Positions 9,564 through 20,449 of a DNA stretch of 64,000 nt are shown here, one piece after another. The notes beneath the pieces were generated by a model that made no database searches, was not told where the DNA came from, and worked only from the letters and a program-made list of their open reading frames with translations. Location of the stretch: contig JAXHVH010000005.1 of the NCBI GenBank assembly GCA_034189085.1, positions 2,180-66,179 of the forward strand, in the 5' to 3' direction. Position numbers and translations under genes: made by a program. Origin of the DNA: Bacillota bacterium (GTDB lineage: Bacteria; Bacillota; Dethiobacteria; DTU022). Each line of letters opens with the position of its first letter. Position 1 is the first letter of the stretch.

Positions 9564-10016
9564 CTATCCCAGAATATTTTCCACCATTCGTCGGACAAGA
9601 TTTCCATCGGCCTTTCCTTTAACCCGGGCCATTATTAAACCCATTACTTTACCCATGTCCCGCTTGGAAACGGCCCCGCTTTCGGCGACTGCATCGCGAA
9701 CCAGTTTCTCCAGCTCGCTCTCGGAGAACTGTTCGGGAAGATATTTTTTCAAGATTTCAATCTCCCTGGCCAGATCGTCGGCCAGATCCTGCCGCCCGGC
9801 TTTTTTGAATTCATCCAGAGCTTCATGTCTTTTCTTTGCTTCATGAGCCAGGACTGCAAGCTCTTCTTCGGCTTCGAGAGGAGCTTTTTTGGCTATCGCT
9901 TCATTCTGCAGTTCAGAACGCACCATTCTGAGCACTGAAAGGCGGAAGCGGTCTTTGGCTCTTGTCGCTTCTTTCTGTTCTTCATATAGTTTTTCCGTTA
10001 TTGTCCTGTCAGACAC
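9564..10016 (-). CDS. yqeY: GatB/YqeY domain protein
   Basis: EIEILKKYLPEQ and DMGKVMG motifs; follows rpsU. Confidence 0.92.
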   Translation of the reverse strand: MSDRTITEKLYEEQKEATRAKDRFRLSVLRMVRSELQNEAIAKKAPLEAEEELAVLAHEAKKRHEALDEFKKAGRQDLADDLAREIEILKKYLPEQFSESELEKLVRDAVAESGAVSKRDMGKVMGLIMARVKGKADGNLVRRMVENILG

Positions 10017-10042
10017 AGACGAAACACCTCCGCCCAGGCTCC

Positions 10043-10216
10043 TTAATGGCGCCTCTTACGAGCAGCTTCAGCTTTTTTCTTGCGGCGAACACTCGGTTTT
10101 TCATAATGCTCACGCCGCCTCGCTTCGGATAAAACGCCCGAACGGGCGCATTGTTTTTTAAACCTCTTTAGAGCCTTATCTAGGGTCTCATTCTTCCCAA
10201 TTTTGACTTCTGCCAT
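10043..10216 (-). CDS. rpsU: 30S ribosomal protein S21
   Basis: [21 protein letters not shown]...[12 protein letters not shown]; start at ATG 10216 behind a GGGGAG RBS. Confidence 0.97.
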   Translation of the reverse strand: MAEVKIGKNETLDKALKRFKKQCARSGVLSEARRREHYEKPSVRRKKKAEAARKRRH

Positions 10217-10283
10217 GAATATACTCCCCCCTCTCCTCGGAAACCACTGCCCATGGGCTACCCCAGGGTAGTTTAAAACTATT

Positions 10284-10646
10284 TTAAACACCCCTGCCTT
10301 TGGCAATGTTTTTCAACAAAGGTCTACCGCCAAGGAGGTGGAGATGAAGGTGAAAGACTATCTGTCCCGCATCCGGTCCGCAATTGATGACTACACGGTA
10401 ACCTTTTTTGTCAAGTTTAAATTTCTTAGCCACCTCGTTGGCCACAGTGTGCAAATGGCCTATGAGGGGTTCATCATCTTTTTCGAGATCAAGAAGGCTG
10501 GGAATGTGCTTGCGCGGTACGATCAAAATATGGACAGGAGCCACCGGATTAACATCCTTAAAGGCAACTACCTCATCATCCTCATATACAATATCGGCAT
10601 CAAGCTCCCTGTTTATGATCTTGCAAAAAATGCAGTCAGCCGACAT
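10284..10646 (-). CDS. hinT: HIT family nucleotide-binding protein
   Basis: DCIFCKI and HLHLHLLGG histidine triad. Confidence 0.93.
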   Translation of the reverse strand: MSADCIFCKIINRELDADIVYEDDEVVAFKDVNPVAPVHILIVPRKHIPSLLDLEKDDEPLIGHLHTVANEVAKKFKLDKKGYRVVINCGPDAGQIVFHLHLHLLGGRPLLKNIAKGRGV

Positions 10647-10879
10647 ATTGATACCTCCTGACGGGTATTATAACACAGCCATTTTACCTTGAAAAGGAAG
10701 TTGACATAAATAAAGACCATTTTAAATAATTAACTTCGCTAAAGAGACCTTTATTACCTTTCTGGCAGAAAAAGTTTTTACACCTCCTTGGGAATACATT
10801 ATAATTATTATAAGATTTTCATTCAAGCTTATGGAACTGATTCGATCACCGGTTCATCATCTTAAGAGAGGGGAACACG

Positions 10880-11971
10880 ATGGAGATCACTATCGAAAAA
10901 GCGCTCGAGCGCACCGATCTGCAGTTCATAGATGTCCGCTCCCCGCATGAATTCAGGGAGGCCTCCATACCGGGATCTCTGAATGTCCCTCTTTTTGACG
11001 ATGCTGAACACAGCCGGCTCGGTTTGCTCTTCAGAGAAAAGGGAGAAATCGCCGCCAGGCGAGCCGGCCTGCAAATAGCCGCCCCCAAATTGCCCCACCT
11101 GGTTGAACAAATAAGCGGCGCCTGCAAAGGAAAAATACCCCTTCTTTACTGCCAGAGAGGCGGTCTTCGCAGCCTCAGCCTCTATCAGATTCTCAACCTC
11201 TGTGGAATAACAGTTTTCCGCCTGCAAAACGGTTACCGCGGTTTTCGGCAATACGTTGTCAAACGGTTGAAGGATTACCATCTGCAGAGCAGGTTGATCG
11301 TCCTTCATGGATTGACCGGCGCAGGTAAAACAGCGGTTCTCAAAGTGCTGGAAGAAGAAGGGGTGCCGGTAATAGACCTGGAAGGCCTGGCCGGACACCG
11401 CGGTTCTGTTTTCGGAGCAGTGGGGCTGCCTGAACAGCAAACCCAAAAAGAGTTTGATGCCCTGCTGCTGCAGGAACTGGATCGCCGGCGTGAAAATCCA
11501 TGGATAGTTGTTGAAGGGGAAGGCAAACGCATCGGCCGTGTAAGCCTCCCGCCTTTCCTGGTTGAAGCCCTGGATGAAGGTTTCAAGATTCTGTTGACTG
11601 CATCGCTGGAAACAAGAGTGCGAAGAATCGTCGACAGTTACATCCCGGCCGAGCCTTCACCCGAACTGCTGAACCAGCTTAAAGAAGCAGTTAATGCACT
11701 ACGCCGACGCCTTGGTAACAAAAAGGTCGATTTTTTATTGGCCGAGCTGGATCGAAAAAATTTTGACCGGGTTGCCACATCCATGTGTGTCGATTATTAC
11801 GATCACTTATATAGTGATTCACGACCGGAATGTGCCCGCTTTGACGAGCAAATAAACGCCGAAGACATCAACACAGCAGCCGGGCAAATTCAATCTCTGC
11901 TAAAAAATGCAGAAACGGCAACCATACATCCGGGCACCGGCCCAAATAATCGAGTGGGATACAATATTTAA
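10880..11971 (+). CDS. selU: tRNA 2-selenouridine synthase
   Basis: Rhodanese domain (IDVRSPHEF, YCQRGGLRS) plus P-loop GLTGAGKT and DLEGLAGHRGSVFG. Confidence 0.93.
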   Translation: MEITIEKALERTDLQFIDVRSPHEFREASIPGSLNVPLFDDAEHSRLGLLFREKGEIAARRAGLQIAAPKLPHLVEQISGACKGKIPLLYCQRGGLRSLSLYQILNLCGITVFRLQNGYRGFRQYVVKRLKDYHLQSRLIVLHGLTGAGKTAVLKVLEEEGVPVIDLEGLAGHRGSVFGAVGLPEQQTQKEFDALLLQELDRRRENPWIVVEGEGKRIGRVSLPPFLVEALDEGFKILLTASLETRVRRIVDSYIPAEPSPELLNQLKEAVNALRRRLGNKKVDFLLAELDRKNFDRVATSMCVDYYDHLYSDSRPECARFDEQINAEDINTAAGQIQSLLKNAETATIHPGTGPNNRVGYNI

Positions 11972-11999
11972 CAATTTCAGAAAAAGGAGTGACGGATTA

Positions 12000-12380
12000 A
12001 TGAACCCCCATGACGCTGCTCATGCCCTGGCCAGAGCATTACGGGAATCCGAAGAATTCAAAACTCTCAAAGAATTACAGGATAAACTGAAAGGTGAGGA
12101 GACAGCACGCAACATGCTGCTCGATTTCCGCAGGCAGCAATTTGAACTGCAGAAACAAAAGTTATCGGGAGTCGAAGTATCATCGGAACAGGAAGAAAAG
12201 CTGGAAAAGCTCTTCGAGGTAATAAATATGAATACCACTGTTAAAAATTTCCTGGAGGCGGAATACAGGGCTGCCATTTTACTGCAGGATGTCCAGAAAA
12301 TAATCGGGGAAGCAACCGAAAGTATTATCGACACCGAGCTGACCCCTCTGGGCGAAGAACTGGAAGAAGAAAAAGAATGA
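12000..12380 (+). CDS. YlbF/YmcA family regulator
   Basis: MNPHDAAHALARALRESEEF...FLEAEYR; AAGGAG RBS upstream of ATG 12000. Confidence 0.85.
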   Translation: MNPHDAAHALARALRESEEFKTLKELQDKLKGEETARNMLLDFRRQQFELQKQKLSGVEVSSEQEEKLEKLFEVINMNTTVKNFLEAEYRAAILLQDVQKIIGEATESIIDTELTPLGEELEEEKE

Positions 12381-13108
12381 CAGTAAATAATAACCAAAAA
12401 TACACAGCCCTTTTGCTGGACCTGGATGGAACCCTGCTTATCCTGGATATCGAACAATTTATCCCGGCCTATATTGACGCTCTCTCCCGGCGTTTTATAG
12501 AGCTAATAGACCGGGAATTGTTCATCAAGCATCTGATCGGGACTACAAACAAAATGGTGGCCAACGATGATCCTGATCGAAATAATGAAACCATATTTTA
12601 CCAGGAATTTTGCGGACGCACCGGCCTAACTTATGGTCAGATCAAGCCGATCATCGATGATTTCTACAGGGATGATTTCCCAAAACTTAGCTGCTGGGGG
12701 AAAGAACATCCCCATGCCCGGGAACTAATAAAAACCGCCCGGCAAAAAGATATGCAGCTGGTTCTAGCAACAAATCCAATTTTCCCGGCGATAGCGGTTC
12801 ATCAACGGCTTGCCTGGGGTGGCCTTGATAAGGATAATTTCCATTTGATTACGACCATGGAAAACATGCATTTCTGCAAACCCAATCTCCACTACTATCT
12901 GGAAATATCCGCCAAAATCGGCTGCCCGCCTGAAGAATGCTTGATGGCCGGCAACGACACCCATGAAGATCTCATCGCTGCAAAAGTGGGAATGGATACT
13001 TATCTGGTTGATGATTACATCCTGAATCGGATCGAGGGAGAAGCAAAAAGTGATCACCGGGGCAAATTGGAAGATTTGATCGGCTTTATCAAAACTCTTG
13101 ATGGTTAA
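12377..13108 (+). CDS. HAD superfamily hydrolase
   Basis: DLDGTL, LATNP, KPN and MAGND motifs. Confidence 0.88.
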   Translation: MTVNNNQKYTALLLDLDGTLLILDIEQFIPAYIDALSRRFIELIDRELFIKHLIGTTNKMVANDDPDRNNETIFYQEFCGRTGLTYGQIKPIIDDFYRDDFPKLSCWGKEHPHARELIKTARQKDMQLVLATNPIFPAIAVHQRLAWGGLDKDNFHLITTMENMHFCKPNLHYYLEISAKIGCPPEECLMAGNDTHEDLIAAKVGMDTYLVDDYILNRIEGEAKSDHRGKLEDLIGFIKTLDG

Positions 13109-13308
13109 TCAACTTTTATGGTGAAAATACTTTAATCAGTGCCGCCATATTTAGTTCCGGAGTTGATTCCTGGAACAGGGAACTCTTTCAGGCCATGCTG
13201 CAATACAGCGTCAGCACTCTGCTCATTTTGAGTGTGATTGCCCTGGTGATAGGAATAGTTTACCTTGTGGCCGGTGAAATGGAAAAACAATAGCATAGCA
13301 GCTGTAAA

Positions 13309-14616
13309 TTAACTGGTGCGGAGGGCCCTGATTATCGGTCCTTCTTCTTTTTCCAGCCGGGCTTTGATCTCTTTACCCCGCCAGTGCAGGCCTTTGATTT
13401 TGGTTTCAATTTTAACCCGCAGGTAACGAGGAGTTAACCCTTCGGCCCACTGATACGGTTCTACTTTCTCTACCAGAACCGGTTGGACAGTGCCAAGGAA
13501 TTGCTGCCGAAAATTGGAGGCCATTTTCTCCCCGAGAGCAATCATTTCTTTGCTCCTTTCTTCCTTAACATCACCGGATAACTGGCCGGGCATTTCAGCC
13601 GCTCTGGTCCCTGGCCTGGCGGAAAACTTGAAAACGTGAAGGCGGCTGAAACCGATCTCTCCAATCAACTCCACGCTGCGACGGTGATTTTCTTCCCGCT
13701 CTCCCGGAAAACCGACAATTACATCGCTGCTGAGGGAAAGATCAGGGATCGCCTGCTTGAGCCACCGGGCTAAATAAAGATATTCCACTGCTTCGTAGGG
13801 CCTGTTCATCAACTTTAAAATTTCGCTGTCCCCGCTCTGCAGGGGTAGATGTAGATGGGGGCATACAATGGGGGAGTTAATTATTTCCTCCACCAGCTCA
13901 GGGGTTATATCCCACGGCTCAAGCGAACTGAGACGCAACCTCAACAACCCGGGGACTGCCTTCAGTTCCCTGATCAGTGAGGCCAGGTTTGTCTCGCCGA
14001 GATCAACACCGTACAGGCCAAGGTGTATTCCAGTCAGGACGATCTCCGGGCAGCCCGATTCGACAAGGGCCTGTGCCCGCGCCAGCACTTCAGCGGGAGG
14101 CAGGCTCCGCATGGGGCCCCTGACGTAGGGGATAATACAATAACTGCAGTACTGGTTGCATCCTTCCTGAATTTTCACGAACCCCCTGGTCCGTCCCCTC
14201 CGTTTTACCTGGGGCAGCATTTCAAATTTCGTTTCTCCCCTGTAAGGGGTTACTATTTCCAGGAGTGAATCGTCGCCAAGCGAATCGATGATCAAGGGCA
14301 AATTCTCGCGGTCGCGGTTGCCAATGATTAAATCAACCTGCTCCATCTCTCTGATCTGATCCGGTTTACCCTGGGCATAACAGCCGGTAGCTACTATCAG
14401 TGCCTCCGGCGAACGGCGTCTCGCCCGGCGTATTGCTTTGCGGGATTTGTGCTCAGAGTATCTCGTTACAGTGCAGGTATTTATAACACAGACATCAGCC
14501 TGATCGTTAAAATCCACGATCCGGTAACCGGCCCGTTCAAAAAGCTCCTGCAGCCCCTCTGTTTCACAATAATTGACTTTGCAGCCAAGGGTAAAAAAAG
14601 CAGCCTTTTTTTTCAA
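13309..14616 (-). CDS. mtaB: tRNA t6A37 methylthiotransferase MtaB
   Basis: TLGCKVN, NTCTVT and radical-SAM CNQYCSYC; TTG start overlaps the rsmE stop. Confidence 0.93.
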   Translation of the reverse strand: MKKKAAFFTLGCKVNYCETEGLQELFERAGYRIVDFNDQADVCVINTCTVTRYSEHKSRKAIRRARRRSPEALIVATGCYAQGKPDQIREMEQVDLIIGNRDRENLPLIIDSLGDDSLLEIVTPYRGETKFEMLPQVKRRGRTRGFVKIQEGCNQYCSYCIIPYVRGPMRSLPPAEVLARAQALVESGCPEIVLTGIHLGLYGVDLGETNLASLIRELKAVPGLLRLRLSSLEPWDITPELVEEIINSPIVCPHLHLPLQSGDSEILKLMNRPYEAVEYLYLARWLKQAIPDLSLSSDVIVGFPGEREENHRRSVELIGEIGFSRLHVFKFSARPGTRAAEMPGQLSGDVKEERSKEMIALGEKMASNFRQQFLGTVQPVLVEKVEPYQWAEGLTPRYLRVKIETKIKGLHWRGKEIKARLEKEEGPIIRALRTS

Positions 14617-15371
14617 ATGGAAAATCCTTTCTCCGATAGATCGCCCCATGCTGTCTGAATCATAACCATGGAGGCGATTGCCGCCGTTTCTGTCCTTAGA
14701 ATACGCGGCCCCAGGTAGACTGTCTCGGCACCCGCTTGGTGTAATACTTTCATCTCGGCATCGCTGAAACCGCCTTCAGGTCCGATAAAAAGCAGTACAT
14801 TTTGTCCGCCCGACAGAGGCCTCTGCAGGGCATCGGCCAGAGCCAGGCTTTTTTCTTTCTCCCAGGGGACAATGGTCCTGAATTGCGCCACCTGCGGGAC
14901 AATGGAGGTAAAGTGGCGAGGCATTTCGATGGAAGGCAAATCAGGCCTCCGGCATTGAGCCGCTGCAGAGCGGGCGATGTTCCTCCAGCGCTTTATTCGC
15001 TTCTCTTCCTGCCTGCTGTTACGGCTTGGTATGCTGCGTTCCATAATCACCGGAACAATGCCATGGATACCGAGCTCGACTGCCTGTCTGACAATGAGGT
15101 CAAACTTTCCACTTTTTGGTAGAGACTGGAGAAGGTTAAGCTGGAGAGAAGGTTTTGCAATATTCAGGGGACTTCTAAGGATGATTTCAACTTTATCGGG
15201 CCGGGAGACAGTAACCTCGCCGCTGAATGCTTTGCCCCTGCCGTCAGCTACGGTAACCGCTTCCCCGCATTTCAGGCGCAGGACTCTATAAACATGATTA
15301 ATGTCATCATCAATCAGGGCAATTTTCTTCCCTGTGGAGAGCTTTTCATCTTCTTTAAAGAAAAAGGGCAT
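14613..15371 (-). CDS. rsmE: 16S rRNA m3U1498 methyltransferase
   Basis: HVYRVLR, IGPEGGFS and LGPRILRTETA motifs. Confidence 0.95.
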   Translation of the reverse strand: MPFFFKEDEKLSTGKKIALIDDDINHVYRVLRLKCGEAVTVADGRGKAFSGEVTVSRPDKVEIILRSPLNIAKPSLQLNLLQSLPKSGKFDLIVRQAVELGIHGIVPVIMERSIPSRNSRQEEKRIKRWRNIARSAAAQCRRPDLPSIEMPRHFTSIVPQVAQFRTIVPWEKEKSLALADALQRPLSGGQNVLLFIGPEGGFSDAEMKVLHQAGAETVYLGPRILRTETAAIASMVMIQTAWGDLSEKGFSI

Positions 15372-15407
15372 ATCTTTCTCCGGTCCTTTATATCTTTCTC
15401 CAGTCCT

Positions 15408-16559
15408 TTACTGTCCTCCGCTGAAAGCATCCTTCATGCGATCGATAAAACCCTTGTTGTCCAGACCGGCTTTTTCTCCACTCAGGCGGGCCAGTTCAGC
15501 CAGAAGTTCTTTCTGTTTGGGACTGAGGCGTCTGGGGACTTTCACTTTAACTGTAACCTGCAGGTCTCCTTTTCCAACCCCCTGCAGGTGAGGCATGCCG
15601 TGCCCTTTCAACCGGAAAGTGGCCCCGTGCTGCGTTCCCTCCGGTATTTTCAGTTCAGCCGGCCCTTTCATAGTAGGCACTTCCATTATTATGCCGAGCG
15701 CCGCCTGGCTGATGCTTATAGGCACCTCCAGGAATAAATCGCTGCCCCTGCGTTTGAAAAGTTTATGCGGCTTAACCCTTATGACAACATAAAGATCACC
15801 TGCAGGGCCTCCGCGCAGCCCTGCTTCTCCCCCGCCCCTGACTCTCAGTTTGGAACCGTCTTCAATACCGGCGGGGATTTTTACTTCAATTTTTCTTTCC
15901 TTCACTATTCTGCCCTGCCCGTTGCAGGTGGGGCATGGATCATTGATAATTGCACCTGTACCACCGCACCTGCTGCAGGTTTGGGTGGTGACAAAGCGGC
16001 CGAAAGGTGTATTGCGCGTGTACTGCTGCTGGCCTGTGCCACCGCAGGAAGGACATTTTTCCGGTTTTGTTCCCGGCCTGGCTCCGCTGCCCTCACAATC
16101 AGGACAGGTTTCCGTGCGTGGGATATTAAGAATCTGCGTTTTACCGTTAAAAGCTTCTTCCAGGGTTATCTCAAGGTCATAGCGCAGATGGCTGCCCTGT
16201 TCGGGGCCCGGCGGCCGGCGGCGGCTGCCGCCCATGCCGCCGAAAAACTGCTCAAAGATATCATCCATTCCACCGAAGCCGAAGCCTCCGAACCCTCTTC
16301 CTCCGAAACCTTCAAACCCGCCGCCAGACCCGCTGGAATCTGCCTGGTGGCCAAAACGGTCGTATTGTTCCCTCTTCTGAGGGTTACTTAACACGTCATA
16401 AGCTTCTTTTATTTCCTTAAACTTATTCTCGGCTTCGGTGTCATCCTTGTTGAAATCAGGATGGTATTTCTTAGCCAGGTTACGATATGCTCTTTTTATT
16501 TCATCGGCGGAAGCATTTTTCTCCACACCGAGAATTTCATAATAATCTCTTTTACTCAT
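15408..16559 (-). CDS. dnaJ: Chaperone DnaJ
   Basis: J domain with HPD, G/F region, four CxxCxGxG repeats. Confidence 0.98.
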   Translation of the reverse strand: MSKRDYYEILGVEKNASADEIKRAYRNLAKKYHPDFNKDDTEAENKFKEIKEAYDVLSNPQKREQYDRFGHQADSSGSGGGFEGFGGRGFGGFGFGGMDDIFEQFFGGMGGSRRRPPGPEQGSHLRYDLEITLEEAFNGKTQILNIPRTETCPDCEGSGARPGTKPEKCPSCGGTGQQQYTRNTPFGRFVTTQTCSRCGGTGAIINDPCPTCNGQGRIVKERKIEVKIPAGIEDGSKLRVRGGGEAGLRGGPAGDLYVVIRVKPHKLFKRRGSDLFLEVPISISQAALGIIMEVPTMKGPAELKIPEGTQHGATFRLKGHGMPHLQGVGKGDLQVTVKVKVPRRLSPKQKELLAELARLSGEKAGLDNKGFIDRMKDAFSGGQ

Positions 16560-16595
16560 TCCCCTATATCATCCCTTTGGCAGCCTTTTTTCCCA

Positions 16596-16630
16596 ATAAG
16601 TCTCTTCGGCATTATAAGTCTCTTCGGCAT
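16596..16630. repeat. 18-bp tandem repeat between dnaK and dnaJ
   Basis: ATAAGTCTCTTCGGCATT followed by ATAAGTCTCTTCGGCAT. Confidence 0.85.
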
Positions 16631-16631
16631 A

Positions 16632-18521
16632 TTAATCCTTTTTCTCTTCTTCATCTTTTTCGTCTTTTTCATCTTCAACATCATAGTCGGCATCAACTAC
16701 ATCATCAGCATCACCTTCACCGCCGGCTTGGTCACTGCCGGCTTCACTGCTGCTGGCTTCGCCGCCGGATGCGGCATCCTGCTGAGCCTTGGTCTGTTCA
16801 TACAGCTTGGCTGAAAGCTCATGCATGTAACCATTCATTTTTTCAGTGGCCTGCTTGATCTTTTCAAGATCTTCTCCTTTGGCTGCCTCACGCAGCTCTT
16901 CGGCCGCTTTTTTAACTTCTTCCGCCCTGGCTGCATCGACCTTGTCTCCCAGGTCTTTCAGTGCTTTTTCCGCACTGTAAGCAAGACTGTCAGCCTGGTT
17001 GCGAGCTTCAGCCAGTTCCTTGCGCTTGTTGTCCTCTTCGGCATATTTTTCAGCCTCGTTGACCATTTCATCAATCTGATCTTTTTCCAGACCACTGGAA
17101 GCTGTTATGGTAATGCTCTGTTCCTTATTGGTAGCCAGATCTTTAGCTGAAACATTGACAATACCGTTGGCATCAATATTAAAACTTACTTCAATCTGGG
17201 GGATTCCTCTCGGTGCCGGTGGTATGCCATCCAGCATAAATCGCCCCAGTGTTTTATTGTCTGCAGCCATGGCCCGCTCTCCCTGCAAAACATGGATGTC
17301 AACACTGGTCTGGTTATCTGCAGCCGTGGAAAAGATCTGCTTCTTCTCCGTTGGGATAGTGGTATTGCGTTCAATTATTTTTGTAAAAACTCCGCCCAAT
17401 GTTTCAATACCGAGCGACAGCGGAGTAACATCAAGCAACAGAACATCTTTTGCTTCCCCACCAAGGACAGCAGCCTGATAGGCAGCTCCCATGGCTACCA
17501 CTTCATCGGGGTTAACTCCTTTGTGCGGCTCCTTGCCAAGCAGTTTATGGATTGCTTCCTGCACAGCGGGGATTCTTGTCGAACCACCGACCAGGATAAT
17601 TTTATCAATCTCTTCAGAAGTCAATCCAGCATCGGAAAGTGCCTGTCTGGTGGGCCCCATTGTTTTCTCCACCAGGTCCGAGGTCAGTTCGTCAAATTTA
17701 GCCCTGGTGAGACTGACATTGAGATGCTTGGGCCCATCCTGCGTGGCGGTGATAAAGGGCAGGTTTATGTCAGTAGAGGTAACCGAAGAAAGCTCTACTT
17801 TGGCTTTTTCCGCCGCCTCGCTGAGGCGCTGCAAAGCCATCCGATCATTACGCAAATCAATGCCCTGGTCTTTTTTAAACTCTTCGGCAACATAATCGAC
17901 AATCCGCCTGTCAAAATCATCTCCACCAAGCCGGTTGTTACCGCTGGTCGCTTTTACTTCGACCACATCATCACCCAGCTCGAGAACGGAGACATCGAAG
18001 GTGCCGCCGCCGAGGTCAAAAACGAGAATTTTTTGTTCACCTTTTTTATCCAGGCCGTACGCCAGGGCCGCTGCGGTTGGTTCATTAATTATCCGCAAAA
18101 CCTCCAGGCCGGCAATAGTCCCGGCATCCTTGGTCGCCTGGCGCTGGCTGTCGGTAAAATAAGCAGGGACAGTGATCACGGCCTGCGTTATTTTTTCTCC
18201 CAGGAAGCTTTCGGCATCCGTTTTCAGTTTCTGCAGGATCATGGCCGATATTTCCTGAGGAGTATATTCCTTGTCGTCGATTTTTTCCTTGTGGCCCGTG
18301 CCCATTTCCCTCTTGATCGAAGTGATAGTCCGATCGGGGTTGGTAATGGCCTGGCGTTTGGCTACCTGCCCCACCAGGCGCTGGCCATCCTTGGTAAAAG
18401 CAACGACAGAGGGAGTAAGCCTGCTGCCTTCAGCATTAGCAATAATTTCCGGTTCGCTGCCGATCAGTGCGGCAATCACAGAGTTGGTAGTGCCTAAATC
18501 AATTCCCACAACTTTACCCAT
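16632..18521 (-). CDS. dnaK: Chaperone DnaK
   Basis: [15 protein letters not shown] and [10 protein letters not shown] motifs. Confidence 0.99.
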   Translation of the reverse strand: MGKVVGIDLGTTNSVIAALIGSEPEIIANAEGSRLTPSVVAFTKDGQRLVGQVAKRQAITNPDRTITSIKREMGTGHKEKIDDKEYTPQEISAMILQKLKTDAESFLGEKITQAVITVPAYFTDSQRQATKDAGTIAGLEVLRIINEPTAAALAYGLDKKGEQKILVFDLGGGTFDVSVLELGDDVVEVKATSGNNRLGGDDFDRRIVDYVAEEFKKDQGIDLRNDRMALQRLSEAAEKAKVELSSVTSTDINLPFITATQDGPKHLNVSLTRAKFDELTSDLVEKTMGPTRQALSDAGLTSEEIDKIILVGGSTRIPAVQEAIHKLLGKEPHKGVNPDEVVAMGAAYQAAVLGGEAKDVLLLDVTPLSLGIETLGGVFTKIIERNTTIPTEKKQIFSTAADNQTSVDIHVLQGERAMAADNKTLGRFMLDGIPPAPRGIPQIEVSFNIDANGIVNVSAKDLATNKEQSITITASSGLEKDQIDEMVNEAEKYAEEDNKRKELAEARNQADSLAYSAEKALKDLGDKVDAARAEEVKKAAEELREAAKGEDLEKIKQATEKMNGYMHELSAKLYEQTKAQQDAASGGEASSSEAGSDQAGGEGDADDVVDADYDVEDEKDEKDEEEKKD

Positions 18522-18560
18522 TTTAATTTCCTCCTATGCTATTCGATATTTCAGCCACCG

Positions 18561-19241
18561 TTAATCGCGGCAAACCTTCACCATTGACGGACGAAGGATC
18601 CTCGTGCGGTGTTTATAACCCTTTTGTAATTCCTCCAGGACGGTACCCGGTTCTTCTGCATCACTTTCTACCTGCATTACCGCATGGTGACAGTTGGGAT
18701 CAAAAGGAGTCCCTACCGCTTCAATTTCACTGACACCTTCCTGTTCGAGCAACTGCAGCATCTGCTTGTGAATCATTTCCAGTCCCTCAACATATGAAGC
18801 GGGAACCGCTTTATCTTCCCGCGCAGAATTCAACCCACGCTCCAGGTTATCCAGGACCGGGAGTAACCGACAGAGAAAATCGTGCAGGGCATAATCCCGC
18901 ATCTCTGCCTGTTCTGCCCTGGCAATGCGGCGAAGGTTGTCGATGTCCGCCTGTTTCCTTTTCAGCTGGTCAAGCAGCTCTTCGTTTTTTTGCCTCAGGT
19001 CGTCAATTTCCTGTTCCGGCCCGGAAGGAACATCCTCTTCCCGGACAGCCTTTTTCCCCGTCTCCTCTGAAACAGCTTTTACCTTTTCTGTTTCTTCCAG
19101 TTCTCGATTCTTTTCTTTTTTGTTCTCTCTGTCCTCTGCCTTCACTTTGTTCCCTTTCCTTTTCTTGTTCTTTAAATCTTCTGTTTTCGCTGCAGCTTTC
19201 ACTGCTTCTTTACTGACCCGGTTTTCTTTTTTGGCAGTCAT
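18561..19241 (-). CDS. grpE: Nucleotide exchange factor GrpE
   Basis: LLPVLDNLERG, FDPNCHHAV and GY...LRPSMVKV; long charged N-terminus. Confidence 0.95.
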   Translation of the reverse strand: MTAKKENRVSKEAVKAAAKTEDLKNKKRKGNKVKAEDRENKKEKNRELEETEKVKAVSEETGKKAVREEDVPSGPEQEIDDLRQKNEELLDQLKRKQADIDNLRRIARAEQAEMRDYALHDFLCRLLPVLDNLERGLNSAREDKAVPASYVEGLEMIHKQMLQLLEQEGVSEIEAVGTPFDPNCHHAVMQVESDAEEPGTVLEELQKGYKHRTRILRPSMVKVCRD

Positions 19242-19282
19242 TTGTAATCACCTGCATAATTTCAATTTTGTACAGCCTGCCC

Positions 19283-20317
19283 TCAGGAACTAAGGCTTTC
19301 ATTGAGGTGATCAACAAGGTGGCGTATTACAGTGATTACCCGCCCGTAGTCCATCCTTGTCGGCCCCAGGATACCGACTGTACCGATTGTTTTGTCATGT
19401 ATTTTATATGTTCCCGTAATCAGGGTACATTCCCGGATATCCTTACATTCATTCTCTGTCCCGATGCGTACGACGATATCATCTTCACTGGAGCTGTCCT
19501 CGAGTATCTTGAAAAGGAGCGGCTCCTGCTCAAAGAGATTAAGCATCCGCCTGATTTTATCCACATCTTTAAATTCAGGCTGGTTTAAAATATTGGTCGT
19601 TCCGCCGAGAAAAACCCGGATCTGTTTCTCTTCTTTAAGGCTTTCTTCCAGGAGAATAAAAGCCTGTTCAAGGATTTCTAAACGCCTGAAAAGGTCTCGT
19701 TTCAATTCATTGATCAGGGAAGTTGTGACCTGGTCAATGGTCAGCCCGTAAAGCTTCTGATTGAGATAAGAGACAACCTGCTGCAATTCTGTCGGGCTTA
19801 GCTGCTGCTGGAGATCGATAACCTTATTTTTAATGAAACCGGTATCTGTAATCAATACTACCAGGCTACGCTTCTCATCCAGTGGCAGGATTCGCATCTG
19901 TCGGAAAGCACTCTTTTTGAATTGCGGACCCATGATCAGGGAAGTCTGATTGGTCGCCGAAGAGAGGACCCTGGCGGAATGAACGATGATCTGTTCAATT
20001 TCTCGCATTTTCTCCCTGCTCAAAGTACTACTGATTTCCCGTTCGATATCATCGCTCAGTTCATCCGAGCTCATCAGGTTGTCCACATAATAACGATAAC
20101 CAAGCTGTGATGGGATTCTCCCGGCAGAAGTATGAGGCTGAACGAGATACCCCATATCCTCGAGGTCGGCCATCTCATTACGAATTGTTGCCGAGCTCAA
20201 TCCCATCCTTTGTGAACGAACCACCGTCCGTGAACCAACCGGTTCAGCTGTACTAATATAATTGACAACGACAGCGCGGAGAATTTGCCTTTTTCTCTCG
20301 CTAAGTGGTGCTCCCAT
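19283..20317 (-). CDS. hrcA: Heat-inducible repressor HrcA
   Basis: EPVGSR, SSATIRNEMADLE, PHTSAGRIPS and GPTRMDY motifs. Confidence 0.97.
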   Translation of the reverse strand: MGAPLSERKRQILRAVVVNYISTAEPVGSRTVVRSQRMGLSSATIRNEMADLEDMGYLVQPHTSAGRIPSQLGYRYYVDNLMSSDELSDDIEREISSTLSREKMREIEQIIVHSARVLSSATNQTSLIMGPQFKKSAFRQMRILPLDEKRSLVVLITDTGFIKNKVIDLQQQLSPTELQQVVSYLNQKLYGLTIDQVTTSLINELKRDLFRRLEILEQAFILLEESLKEEKQIRVFLGGTTNILNQPEFKDVDKIRRMLNLFEQEPLLFKILEDSSSEDDIVVRIGTENECKDIRECTLITGTYKIHDKTIGTVGILGPTRMDYGRVITVIRHLVDHLNESLSS

Positions 20318-20341
20318 GATTAATCCCCCCACTCACTCGCT

Positions 20342-20368
20342 TTAGCACTCTAAAGTTCAGAGTGCTAA
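20342..20368. promoter_or_regulatory. CIRCE operator (HrcA binding site)
   Basis: Perfect TTAGCACTC-N9-GAGTGCTAA just upstream of hrcA; minus-strand TTGACA at 20403-20408. Confidence 0.97.
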
Positions 20369-20449
20369 ACCTAATAAAAAAATATCATCTTTCAGGGGGG
20401 GTTGTCAAGTTCATAGCAAAATGTTTTTGTAACTTCCGCTGCCACACTC

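Noticed and set aside
16596-16630. 18-bp repeats here and at 48006-48041 as CRISPR remnants
   Set aside because: Only two adjacent copies each, no spacers, unrelated sequences, no cas genes.
17292-18497. 401-aa plus-strand ORF opposite dnaK
   Set aside because: Long antisense frames opposite dnaK are a well-known codon-pattern artefact.
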